Of a stretch of 64,000 bases of DNA, positions 1 to 8,232 are shown in pieces. Where the stretch lies: positions 26,275 to 90,274 of the forward strand of contig CAWFHZ010000016.1 of the NCBI GenBank assembly GCA_963815785.1. The letters are read 5' to 3'. The first letter of the stretch is position 1; each line of letters starts with the position of its first letter. This DNA is from an uncultured Ignavibacteria bacterium (lineage in GTDB: Bacteria > Bacteroidota > Ignavibacteria > Ignavibacteriales > Ignavibacteriaceae). The notes below the pieces were generated by a model that was not told the origin of the DNA, ran no database searches, and saw only the letters and a program-made list of their open reading frames with translations. The translations under genes and the position numbers were made by a program.

Positions 1-412
1 ATAATATAACTTTTTCAGTAGAAGGTTCTACAAATTTCAACATTAGTTTAGCATTTATTTCACCAAACGAACCATTGAAATATGTAATTTCTCCAAGCAA
101 AAAAGCACCTTGAGAAATAAATTTAGCTTTCAATTCCTCATTCAATTCCGAACGATTGATTATATGAAATAAATTTCTTGTCTTTAGTTCTCTTCTTAAA
201 ATGGCATTAACAGTATCAGCTTCCGGAATTCTAATATTATTGTTTTCTTTTTTAATAACTAAAGGAAGTAAATCAACATATTCCATTTTGGAAACAGATT
301 GCTGGTCTATAATTTCACTTTTACTTCCCATTAATGAAGTACCAACACAACCAGTAACAAATATTATGATTGCAAATGCAAAACTCAAAATCATCAATTT
401 TGTACATTTCAT
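1..412 (-). CDS. partial cassette ORF: lipoprotein (N-terminus in window, C-terminus beyond the left edge)
   Basis: My own minus-strand translation from the ATG at 412-410 reads MKCTKLMILSFAFAIIIFVTGCVGTSLMGSKSEIIDQQ... This gives a signal peptide with a lipobox Cys. The frame is open to position 1. The ORF is absent from the supplied track because it is open-ended. Confidence 0.55.
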   Translation of the reverse strand, partial: MKCTKLMILSFAFAIIIFVTGCVGTSLMGSKSEIIDQQSVSKMEYVDLLPLVIKKENNNIRIPEADTVNAILRRELKTRNLFHIINRSELNEELKAKFISQGAFLLGEITYFNGSFGEINAKLMLKFVEPSTEKVIL

Positions 413-432
413 TTTTTTGTAACTCCAAAATT

Positions 433-655
433 GCCTAACGGTGTTGCAACTAAAGCGGCGCCCAACAAATCCACGCCACCTTAGCCACAAACGCCAATAA
501 TTTTACAAATTGTATTTAACTTTCATCGTAAATACAATTTGTGATAATGTTATTTAGAACTAATCCCTTAAATAAAAATTTGAACGAAAATCATAAACTT
601 ACAATATTAAAAACGCTGCATCGATTATGCGGTCGCTTTGAGTTGCAGGTTAGGC
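433..655 (-). other. attC-like recombination site 1 (223 bp)
   Basis: GCCTAAC at 433-439 and GTTAGGC at 649-655. The arms gcctaacGGTGTtgcaactaaagcg and cgctttGagttgcaGgttaggc form an imperfect inverted repeat with a bulged base. A central 14-bp perfect hairpin lies at 505-518/529-542. Confidence 0.7.
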
Positions 656-658
656 AAT

Positions 659-1744
659 TTATTTTAGTAAAATAGATGAAACAAATCCTTGAACACCGGT
701 ACCAATATTTTGAATGCTCGTTCCATCCCATTTAAAAATACCGTTCACAGTTTTTCCATTAACAGTGGTAAATAAGCCTCCGACATACAAAAAGTCGCCG
801 GATGTATATAAGCTATTTGGCCAATTATCAAATGAGAACTTATTAAAATCCCAATCACTTCCGGTCCAAATTGCATAATATGGCAAATCATTTGAACCAT
901 TTGATTGACCCGCTAAATGGAGTTCATTTTTATACACTGTCGCCACATATATTCTGTTTGAAATGGCAGTACTATCGACCGATTGCCAAATACTGTTATT
1001 CCATTTTGCAATATTAGTAACCGTCACATTGCCACATTTACTAAAATTGCCAGTAGCGTATAACTCATTATTGAAAACCGTAAGTGTCATTATATAAGAA
1101 CCTGAATTAACCCCGCTTCCTACCGTATCCCAATTTACCCCATTCCATTTAGCGATATTATTTGCATTAAAATTTCCCGAATAGTTTATAGTAAACCAGC
1201 CGCCTGCATAAAGTTCATCATTATAAACACAAAGTGTATATACTTCATCTGAAAGTCCTTCACCAACTGAGGACCAATTTGTTCCATTCCATTTTGCAAT
1301 ATTATCAGCTTTAATGCCACCAGAGCTTGAAAACCAACCGCCAGCATAAAGTTCATCTTTATAAACTTTAAGGCTAGTTACTCTACCATTAATTCCACCA
1401 TCAACTGATGACCATTCTTTCCCATCCCACTTTGCAATATTTTTAGCTTCCTTCCCTCCAGCTGAATCAATGAATCCACCAACATACAATTCATTATTAT
1501 AGAAGGCCATACATTCTACATCTGCATTTTGCCCCGATATTCCGGTACTAAGTGCACTCCACTTACTTTCATTCCAAACAGCAATATTTTTTATAGATTG
1601 ATTGCCTGGTATGGTAAATCTACCACCAATGAAAAGTGAATCTGAAGGGGATGTGGTGTTCCCATCAATTATTTCAGTTGGAGCTTCTGATTTGCATCCG
1701 TAGAATATTATTGAAACTAAAAAAAGTAAATTTAATATTTTCAT
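659..1744 (-). CDS. cassette ORF: seven-bladed beta-propeller-like repeat lipoprotein
   Basis: Signal peptide with lipobox (LVSIIFYGC). About seven tandem repeats of about 47 aa carry the motif NIAKWNGxxWSxVGxG...VYNxELYAGGxF. The TAA stop lies 4 nt from the attC core. Confidence 0.75.
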   Translation of the reverse strand: MKILNLLFLVSIIFYGCKSEAPTEIIDGNTTSPSDSLFIGGRFTIPGNQSIKNIAVWNESKWSALSTGISGQNADVECMAFYNNELYVGGFIDSAGGKEAKNIAKWDGKEWSSVDGGINGRVTSLKVYKDELYAGGWFSSSGGIKADNIAKWNGTNWSSVGEGLSDEVYTLCVYNDELYAGGWFTINYSGNFNANNIAKWNGVNWDTVGSGVNSGSYIMTLTVFNNELYATGNFSKCGNVTVTNIAKWNNSIWQSVDSTAISNRIYVATVYKNELHLAGQSNGSNDLPYYAIWTGSDWDFNKFSFDNWPNSLYTSGDFLYVGGLFTTVNGKTVNGIFKWDGTSIQNIGTGVQGFVSSILLK

Positions 1745-1765
1745 AAATTACTCCCCATATTAGTT

Positions 1766-1992
1766 GCCTAACGATGTTGTGCCTAAGCTGCTGCCCAAAA
1801 CAACAATGCTGAACAAGAACACTACTGCAAATGATTTAGTAAACTGTGCTTAACTTTCTTCGCAAGCACAGTTTACAAGTTAATTAGTTAGAATGAACAC
1901 CTTTAACAAAAACCTTTTTACGGAACTACTGACTTAAAAATCTCAATAATGCCGAGTGCGAATTGGCAGTCAGCTTGAGGCACGGGTTAGGC
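1766..1992 (-). other. attC-like recombination site 2 (227 bp)
   Basis: GCCTAAC at 1766-1772 and GTTAGGC at 1986-1992. The arms gcctaacGATGTTgtgcctaagctgctgcc and ggcagTcagcttGaggcacGGgttaggc have the same bulge geometry as site 1 but different sequence. A central 13-bp hairpin lies at 1839-1851/1864-1876. Confidence 0.7.
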
Positions 1993-1993
1993 T

Positions 1994-4900
1994 TCAATTC
2001 TTCGCACCTTTTTTTAAATTACAATATTTATGACTTGCTTGTAAGTTTAAGAACCTATCTTTACCGCCAGGTCCTAGTGGTTTAATATGATCAATATGAA
2101 TTTCATCGTTAATTAGTAACTTATTCTCACAAATTGGACACAAACCATTTTGTAGCTTTATCAATTCAATTATTTCTTCTCTAGTCAAAGATATTTTTCT
2201 AATATCTTTTTGATATTTCTTCCGATATTCTAAAATCCTCTGATGAAATTGTTCGATTTGATAAGGATTTTCTTCTTTGCTTTTAACGTTTTTTATGCTC
2301 TCAAAAATATCTACCAAGTCTTTCTTTATGTTTGTACGATCACTTAGTACACGCGCTTGATTAATAAAATGAATTAGATACCAGAGTGTATAAAAATCTT
2401 GTAAGGTTCTTGAATACCATTTTTGATTTTTAACATTAAAAATTCGTGTTAATTCTTTAGCAAGGTATTCTGATTCAATATCTTGCTCTATTTCTTCATC
2501 GATTAAAATAGTTTTTAGCTTGCGGAGAAGTTGTTCTGTTGATTTAATGCTTTTTAGGAAATTTTGTTTTTCTTTTAAATCAATTGTTGCTGTATTTAAG
2601 ATTTTAGTAACATCAATTTTGCTCTTGACCCTTATATAAAGACCGGTTGATTTATGATGTATATCTAAGAATGGATAAAATTGATCCGAATCGAAATCAG
2701 TAAATTCATTTTTATATTCCAAGTAAGAAAATATAGTATACATTTCCTCATTTTTCATTCTAGTGTCATTTCGACTTTGTAGTAAGTAGAACCAATTATC
2801 AAATTTATTTACTAGAGACTTTATGTTGTCAATGATATCTTTATCAACGTATGAATTCCACATCTCAAAAGAATTTTCCTTTATTGGGTAGGGGCGATTG
2901 TTTAATCGAATAAATAAATCAACTGGGTTGAATTCAGGATTATATTTGCTGTCGATCATTATGAAAGATAGCGGGAAATCGTGAATTGCATCCTTTAGCT
3001 CTTCAGTTAGTTCGTCAAAAGTAAGGCCATTTAAATTCTCAAGAATTTTTAATTTAGTTAATCGAAAACCGGTTTTTTCAGATGTTACTCTATTACCTTT
3101 TTCATCAATAAATTCTTGGTTCATAAATCCTAAAATGGATAATATACGCTGTTGACCATCAATGATTTCATAAATTCCATCTTCACGTTGGAAAATAAAC
3201 ATTGGTGGTAACTTGATTCCTAAAAGTATGCTTTCAATTATTGCACTCGACTTTACCTTATTAATTACTTCCCCACGTTGATATACTGGGCGAACAAGAA
3301 ATTTTCTTCTCAACATCATCCGACAAATATCATTAATTGTCAACGGGAAAGGTTCCGGCTTATCAATACGTATGTTATCAAAACTGTCAAAGCTATATTC
3401 AACAGTACTCTCTTTATATGTTTTTATCTTCTTTCTAAATGATTGATTACTAGAAATATAAATATCGAAATTAACATTAAAGACCTTGCTGAAATAATCA
3501 GCAATTGTATTGTATCTTGTCATAAATTGACTATAAAGAAACTGACTTGAATCATCAATGAATGTTTCAGAATTTTTTCTAAAGAATTTAATTAATTCGG
3601 TTGTAAACCCGTTTGTAATCATTTTGGCAATATCTTTTTTTTCATTTTCAAGTATAGAAATTGCCCAATACAGAGTTTCATAAGCGTATCTAGTAATTTT
3701 TAAGTTGTTATTCTCGAATACTTCTTTTAGTTGCAATAGAATTTTCACTTTTTCAACGAAATTCTTAAATAGACTCATTGTATCAGTAATATTTTCAGAA
3801 AATCTATTATAGAAAACATCGAATATTTCTTTTTGCCGTGTCGTTGTTATTGGCATCTTTGTACAGATTAACAAAAATCTGATTTCTTGTAGCAATTTTT
3901 CGAGCGTTTCCTTTTTATCAAGTTTTTGTAAATCTGATTCAGCCGCGAATAAAGCTGTAATATTATGAAATAAGTTTTTATTCTTGGAAATGTGCTCTTT
4001 AAAATATTTTGTGGGCTCATCATTTATATAAATGGCTTTCTCAATTTCTACACGTTTTAAGGGTGTAATTCCAGAATTATATCTTCTAAATATTTCTTTT
4101 TTTAACATATCTATTGATTTTTCATCTAATCTTCTTTCATCAACCAAAGAAAATTTTATAATGCGTATTCTTGTTTCAATAAATAGTTCTTTTAATTTTT
4201 CCTCAAGTTCATCGAAAGTTTTTCTTTCCAAGAATTTTAATAAATACAAACCACTCTTATTTAATGAGAACTCATTTCTATGGAATCTTATTATTGTTTC
4301 TAATCTTTGTCGTCCGTCTATCACTTCCATTTTATTGTTTGATTCAAAAACAATTAATGGAGGGATTTCAGTGCCTATCAAAATGCTTTCAATGAAATAT
4401 GTACCCTTAACATTATCCCAAACATATCTTCGCTGATAGTAAGGTTCATAATTAATCTTATTGATGATGCGTGGAGAAAGAAGCGCATCAATTGTTTTGT
4501 CCCAAGTTTCAATTTTTAATAAATACCTAAAGATTTCTTGTATTTCTTTGTATTGTAAGAATAATTTTTCCTCAACCTCGTATGAGTAATCTGTTTCATC
4601 ATTCTCATCTAAAATTTTATTTTGACGATAGGATATAACTTGGTTATCCCGCGAACAAATTGGACATTTAGAATTTAAGTGAGTTCTATTAATTATTCGT
4701 GCCGGCCATTCATTAAGGCAATCTTTACATATCCACCAAACAATTTCATTACTTTTTGCTAAATAATCTTTGGGTGTATTTTTATTCTTTTTATAGTTCC
4801 ATTCTAAGGCAATTTCAGGATATAATGCAGCAACAGACAAGTTCTTTTCCATATTTTCTTTTGCGCATTCAGGGCATCCCATATCTGTTTCAGTCCTACT

Positions 4901-5293
4901 TCTAACAAAGGTATTCCATTCGTGCTTTGGGTTAGTCTTACATTGCCACCATACTCTTCTCACTCCTTTGGGTGCGACTTCATATGGGTTCAATCCTTCG
5001 TTTCGTGTTGGATGCCATTCTGCAAGTAGATTGGGATATAAGGCTGCAAGTGATTCGTCGGGATGAGTACGAAAGGTGGAACAATAAGGACATCCTTTAG
5101 TTTTTTTAGTACGATTGTATATAGTGGCTTCCCAAATATGTTTTGGATTTTTCTTGCATTTCCACCATACCTTTTTTGTTCCCCCCAAGCTAAGGGTATT
5201 TGGATCTAAATCACCATTCTTTTCATAAAACCATTCTTCTAATAATTCAGGATACTCTTTTGTAAATGGTGGTAATAATTTTCTTTTTGCCAT
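1994..5293 (-). CDS. cassette ORF: Zn-ribbon x3 / DUF262 (ParB-like nuclease, GmrSD N-terminal type) x2 / C-terminal HNH endonuclease
   Basis: Three N-terminal repeats have the form L..EW....N......VWWxC...HxWxxxxxxR.....CPxC. There are two DUF262 cores: YQRRYVW...VIDGRQRLETI, and YQRGEV...IIDGQQRILSIL followed by DLFIRLNNRPYPI. The C-terminus reads CPIC...HIDHIKP...HKYCNLKKG (HNH). The TGA stop lies 1 nt from the attC core. Confidence 0.8.
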   Translation of the reverse strand: MAKRKLLPPFTKEYPELLEEWFYEKNGDLDPNTLSLGGTKKVWWKCKKNPKHIWEATIYNRTKKTKGCPYCSTFRTHPDESLAALYPNLLAEWHPTRNEGLNPYEVAPKGVRRVWWQCKTNPKHEWNTFVRSRTETDMGCPECAKENMEKNLSVAALYPEIALEWNYKKNKNTPKDYLAKSNEIVWWICKDCLNEWPARIINRTHLNSKCPICSRDNQVISYRQNKILDENDETDYSYEVEEKLFLQYKEIQEIFRYLLKIETWDKTIDALLSPRIINKINYEPYYQRRYVWDNVKGTYFIESILIGTEIPPLIVFESNNKMEVIDGRQRLETIIRFHRNEFSLNKSGLYLLKFLERKTFDELEEKLKELFIETRIRIIKFSLVDERRLDEKSIDMLKKEIFRRYNSGITPLKRVEIEKAIYINDEPTKYFKEHISKNKNLFHNITALFAAESDLQKLDKKETLEKLLQEIRFLLICTKMPITTTRQKEIFDVFYNRFSENITDTMSLFKNFVEKVKILLQLKEVFENNNLKITRYAYETLYWAISILENEKKDIAKMITNGFTTELIKFFRKNSETFIDDSSQFLYSQFMTRYNTIADYFSKVFNVNFDIYISSNQSFRKKIKTYKESTVEYSFDSFDNIRIDKPEPFPLTINDICRMMLRRKFLVRPVYQRGEVINKVKSSAIIESILLGIKLPPMFIFQREDGIYEIIDGQQRILSILGFMNQEFIDEKGNRVTSEKTGFRLTKLKILENLNGLTFDELTEELKDAIHDFPLSFIMIDSKYNPEFNPVDLFIRLNNRPYPIKENSFEMWNSYVDKDIIDNIKSLVNKFDNWFYLLQSRNDTRMKNEEMYTIFSYLEYKNEFTDFDSDQFYPFLDIHHKSTGLYIRVKSKIDVTKILNTATIDLKEKQNFLKSIKSTEQLLRKLKTILIDEEIEQDIESEYLAKELTRIFNVKNQKWYSRTLQDFYTLWYLIHFINQARVLSDRTNIKKDLVDIFESIKNVKSKEENPYQIEQFHQRILEYRKKYQKDIRKISLTREEIIELIKLQNGLCPICENKLLINDEIHIDHIKPLGPGGKDRFLNLQASHKYCNLKKGAKN

Positions 5294-5315
5294 ATCTCAC
5301 TATTTCCTTTAAGAA

Positions 5316-5764
5316 GCCTAACGAAGTTGCCGATAAGCGGCGCCCCAGAACTATTTTATTAGCCTAATTATTGTACCATAGGCTAAAATATTTGAACCAA
5401 TAGAGTAACCAGAAGTAAAGTTTTCTTTATCAACTTTAATATGAATAATTCCATCACCCCCAGAATTAGATGCATTTTCCATTAGTTCTTTAATAAGATA
5501 ATCAAAAATATCAGTCATTTTTTCCGGTTTTTTTTGAACTAAAGTGCTAAAGAAAGCACTAGTAGTTCCAATTACTTCGTAATTTTCTTTAATATCCCCA
5601 GTGCTTGCAATTATGTCTTCCATTTTGACTCCATAAATATTAAGAAGGTTTTTATTTAATTTATTTATACACTGCTAAACTGCAATGTTTATTAATCTTA
5701 CTATACTTAAGAACTACTCAAATCCCGTTTATATTACGGCGTCCGCTTGATTGGCAGGTTATAT
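5316..5764 (-). other. attC-like site 3, with a 90-aa ORF inside its central region (449 bp)
   Basis: GCCTAAC at 5316-5322 and GTTATAT at 5758-5764. The arms taacGAAGTtgccgataagcggcgcc and ggcgTccgcttGattggcaGgtta pair with the same bulged C/A geometry as sites 1 and 2. About 390 nt, including ORF 5351..5623, separates the arms. Confidence 0.55.
5351..5623 (-). CDS. small YbjQ/UPF0145-like protein (tentative), embedded between the arms of attC-like site 3
   Basis: The 90-aa ORF follows the pattern I..T.....YEVIG...(n)...A...GGDGIIHIKVD...ILAYGTIIRL. This resembles the YbjQ-family layout (TT..i.GYE..G ... GAnAv ... yGTAV). The resemblance was judged by eye only. Confidence 0.4.
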   Translation of the reverse strand: MEDIIASTGDIKENYEVIGTTSAFFSTLVQKKPEKMTDIFDYLIKELMENASNSGGDGIIHIKVDKENFTSGYSIGSNILAYGTIIRLIK

Positions 5765-7039
5765 TTTTTTTACGAACTTCAAATAGTTAACAATACTTCT
5801 GTAGCATATTAATTCTATATCAATAAATGGATCTACATCATAAAGTGTTAAATATATTTCATACCCTTTCCAGTCTCTTAAACTGCTACTCCCGCCGTGT
5901 AGAATTTCATTTCTTAAATCGAAAAGTCTATCAGCTTTTTCATCTATCTTTTTATCAATATTTTTTAATGAACATAATCCATTTCTAATACTAGTTTCTA
6001 CATTGTTCTTTTCACCAAATAAAGCATCTAAAGCAATATAAAAGTGCATAAATCTTTCGATATCTGAAGAAGCAAGTAAGCCGTAATTTATAAACTGCGT
6101 AGCTGTCTCAAATCTTTTTTTTGATTCTGAGTTTAATCTATTGATGGATTTAATATAGGAATCAATTTCTTCCAGAGTTTCTATATCTACTTCAAGATGA
6201 GATGCAAAAGATGGCTGCAAAAATGGGAGTGAATTTATTTGTAGATTAAAATCTACAGTATCACTTCCGGGAAATAATATACAATATCTGGGCGTATCAT
6301 TTTCAATATAATTTTGTAAGGAATCATAAGAAGTAATTTTGAATGAACAAACAATGGCAATAAAATCTCTTACAGTAAATGTTAATTTTCTTCTGGCTCC
6401 TTTTTCAGTCCCATTTGTTTTGAATATTAACCAAGTCAAAGGAATATTGTATGCAGCAGGGATTATAGACCTATTGTAATTTTGTCCATTACTAGGATTG
6501 AAGCCGTTAGAAGATTTAAAATCACGACTTATCTTTTCCCAATTCATTGCATCAGATGGCGCTAATAATGCTAAATCTAAACTTTCAAAAATATAAGAGT
6601 TTGATTTTATTATGGTTAATGGAAATAAATTCATCCAATCAATTATTGATGACATTAGCTTATTCTCAATAATACAATATAATTTTTTTGATACATTTTT
6701 GTAATCTGAATTAATACTTACTTCCAACAAATTATCTGCTTCAGATTTAAAAACTAAATCAGAATTAAAAATATCTTTATTAAATCCATTATTTTGAATT
6801 GTATCTATAATTACTGTCGAGAAATATTCATAATCACCACCCAAAAACCTTTTGTCAGATGAAATAATCATTTTAGACAAATCATTTCGAAGCTTAAAGC
6901 TTTTTTTTGTGTACCACCACTGCAAACCAATATTACCAATTAAAAAACTTGTTGGGAAACAGTCATTATAACTCATTTTATGAAGTTTTATTTCACGTAA
7001 TAAAGCTAATATTTTACCATATATCTTTTCTTTACCCAA
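5759..7039 (-). CDS. cassette ORF: protein with a C-terminal HEPN-like domain (Rx4H motif)
   Basis: 426 aa with a TTG start. The C-terminal helical region FMHFYIALDALFGE ... DRLFDLRNEILHGG carries the R-x4-H HEPN signature (RNEILH). The N-terminal 300 aa is unrecognised. The TAA stop overlaps the GTTA of the attC core. Confidence 0.55.
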   Translation of the reverse strand: MGKEKIYGKILALLREIKLHKMSYNDCFPTSFLIGNIGLQWWYTKKSFKLRNDLSKMIISSDKRFLGGDYEYFSTVIIDTIQNNGFNKDIFNSDLVFKSEADNLLEVSINSDYKNVSKKLYCIIENKLMSSIIDWMNLFPLTIIKSNSYIFESLDLALLAPSDAMNWEKISRDFKSSNGFNPSNGQNYNRSIIPAAYNIPLTWLIFKTNGTEKGARRKLTFTVRDFIAIVCSFKITSYDSLQNYIENDTPRYCILFPGSDTVDFNLQINSLPFLQPSFASHLEVDIETLEEIDSYIKSINRLNSESKKRFETATQFINYGLLASSDIERFMHFYIALDALFGEKNNVETSIRNGLCSLKNIDKKIDEKADRLFDLRNEILHGGSSSLRDWKGYEIYLTLYDVDPFIDIELICYRSIVNYLKFVKKI

Positions 7040-7368
7040 CTTGTATTGTTTTTTAATTCTTGAAAAATATAACTATTAATTATGCCGCCAAATATCCGTA
7101 TAACTATCCCGCGGCAAGAATGTTATATTCCACTTAAAACTTTTATTATTGGATATTTTCAAAACTTTTTGCGGCATATCATTCCACATATTTAAGAATG
7201 TTATCCAGACAGTTTCTTCGCGGGTCCCTTACTGAATTCATCAACAACAATACCCCGTGACTTCTTAGTATTTTCAACAAAATTCATTTATAACATAAAT
7301 CAATTTTGAATTACAGGCAATATTTTTTTTAATTTTATTATTATTTTTATTACCAACTAAATTTTATA

Positions 7369-8232
7369 GTGATTATGCTCCATATCGGCACTTGTTCTTG
7401 GAAATACGATTTCTGGAAAGGAATCATCTACCCCGATAAAGAAAAATTTAATTTCCTTGAAGAATATTCTCAGCATTATGATACTGTAGAAGTAGATCAG
7501 TGGTTCTGGAGTTTATTCGAAGTTGATAAAATTCTGCTCCCAAATGGTAAAGATGTTAAGGATTACACTAAATCAGTTCCAGATGATTTCAAATTCACAA
7601 TCAAAATACCAAACAGCATCACACTTACTCATTTCTACAACCGGAGTAAAAAAGAACCTCTCAAAGAAAATCCTCACTTCTTTGATCCTGAATTATTCGA
7701 TTCATTTCTAGGCACATTAAAACCAATGAAGAAAAAACTTGGACCTTTAATGTTTCAGTTCGAATATCTTAATAAGCAAAAAATGAGCGGACTCCCTGAA
7801 TTCATAGATCGTTTCGAAGCATTCCTCGAACAGCTTGATAATAAATACCAATATGGTGTAGAACTCCGGAATCCGAATTATCTTAAAAAACCATTTTTTG
7901 AATTCATTCAAAGAAATAATCTTATCGCAGTATTACTCGAAGGCTACTATATGCCTCCTGTAAAAGAAGTATTCAAAGAATTTAAAGATTACATAGAAGA
8001 TACTGTTGTAATAAGACTTCACGGACCGGATAGATCAGGAATGGAAAAGGCAACAGGTAAAGTCTGGAATAAAATCGTTGCCCCAAAAGACGAACAATTA
8101 AATGATATTGCAGAAATAGCTCATTATTTCCTCAATAAAAAAATGGATGTTTACTTAAACGTAAACAACCATTACGAAGGTTCAGCTCCGCTAACTATAC
8201 AGAAAATTCAAAAGCTAATTCCGAACAAATGA
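7369..8232 (+). CDS. DUF72 family protein
   Basis: Motifs seen: HIGTCSWKYDFWKGIIYP, VIRLHGPDR and VYLNVNNHYEGSAPLTIQKI. These are typical of the DUF72 (YecE-like) family. The true start may be the ATG at 7375. Confidence 0.75.
   Translation: MIMLHIGTCSWKYDFWKGIIYPDKEKFNFLEEYSQHYDTVEVDQWFWSLFEVDKILLPNGKDVKDYTKSVPDDFKFTIKIPNSITLTHFYNRSKKEPLKENPHFFDPELFDSFLGTLKPMKKKLGPLMFQFEYLNKQKMSGLPEFIDRFEAFLEQLDNKYQYGVELRNPNYLKKPFFEFIQRNNLIAVLLEGYYMPPVKEVFKEFKDYIEDTVVIRLHGPDRSGMEKATGKVWNKIVAPKDEQLNDIAEIAHYFLNKKMDVYLNVNNHYEGSAPLTIQKIQKLIPNK

Larger units (their letters stand above)
1..7130 (-). mobile_element. integron-type gene cassette array (attC-like site after each codirectional ORF); no integrase in window (CALIN-like or distal part of a chromosomal integron)
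   Basis: Three structured sites bounded by GCCTAAC ... GTTAGGC/GTTATAT cores, each placed immediately 3' of a minus-strand ORF. The next ORF starts 21-24 nt beyond each site. All ORFs are on the same strand. The array runs off the left edge of the window. Confidence 0.7.

Noticed and set aside
201-422. Track ORF of 73 aa on the plus strand
   Set aside because: It lies antisense to a better minus-strand ORF, the lipoprotein with a signal peptide that starts at 412. Its composition is that of an antisense shadow of an AT-rich gene.
4032-4436. Antisense ORFs inside long genes (for example 4032..4436, 15689..15937, 23028..23318, 41038..41385, 52898..53218, 55888..56235)
   Set aside because: All are nested opposite to, or out of frame with, much longer ORFs that have recognisable domains. 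This is typical of low-GC shadow ORFs.
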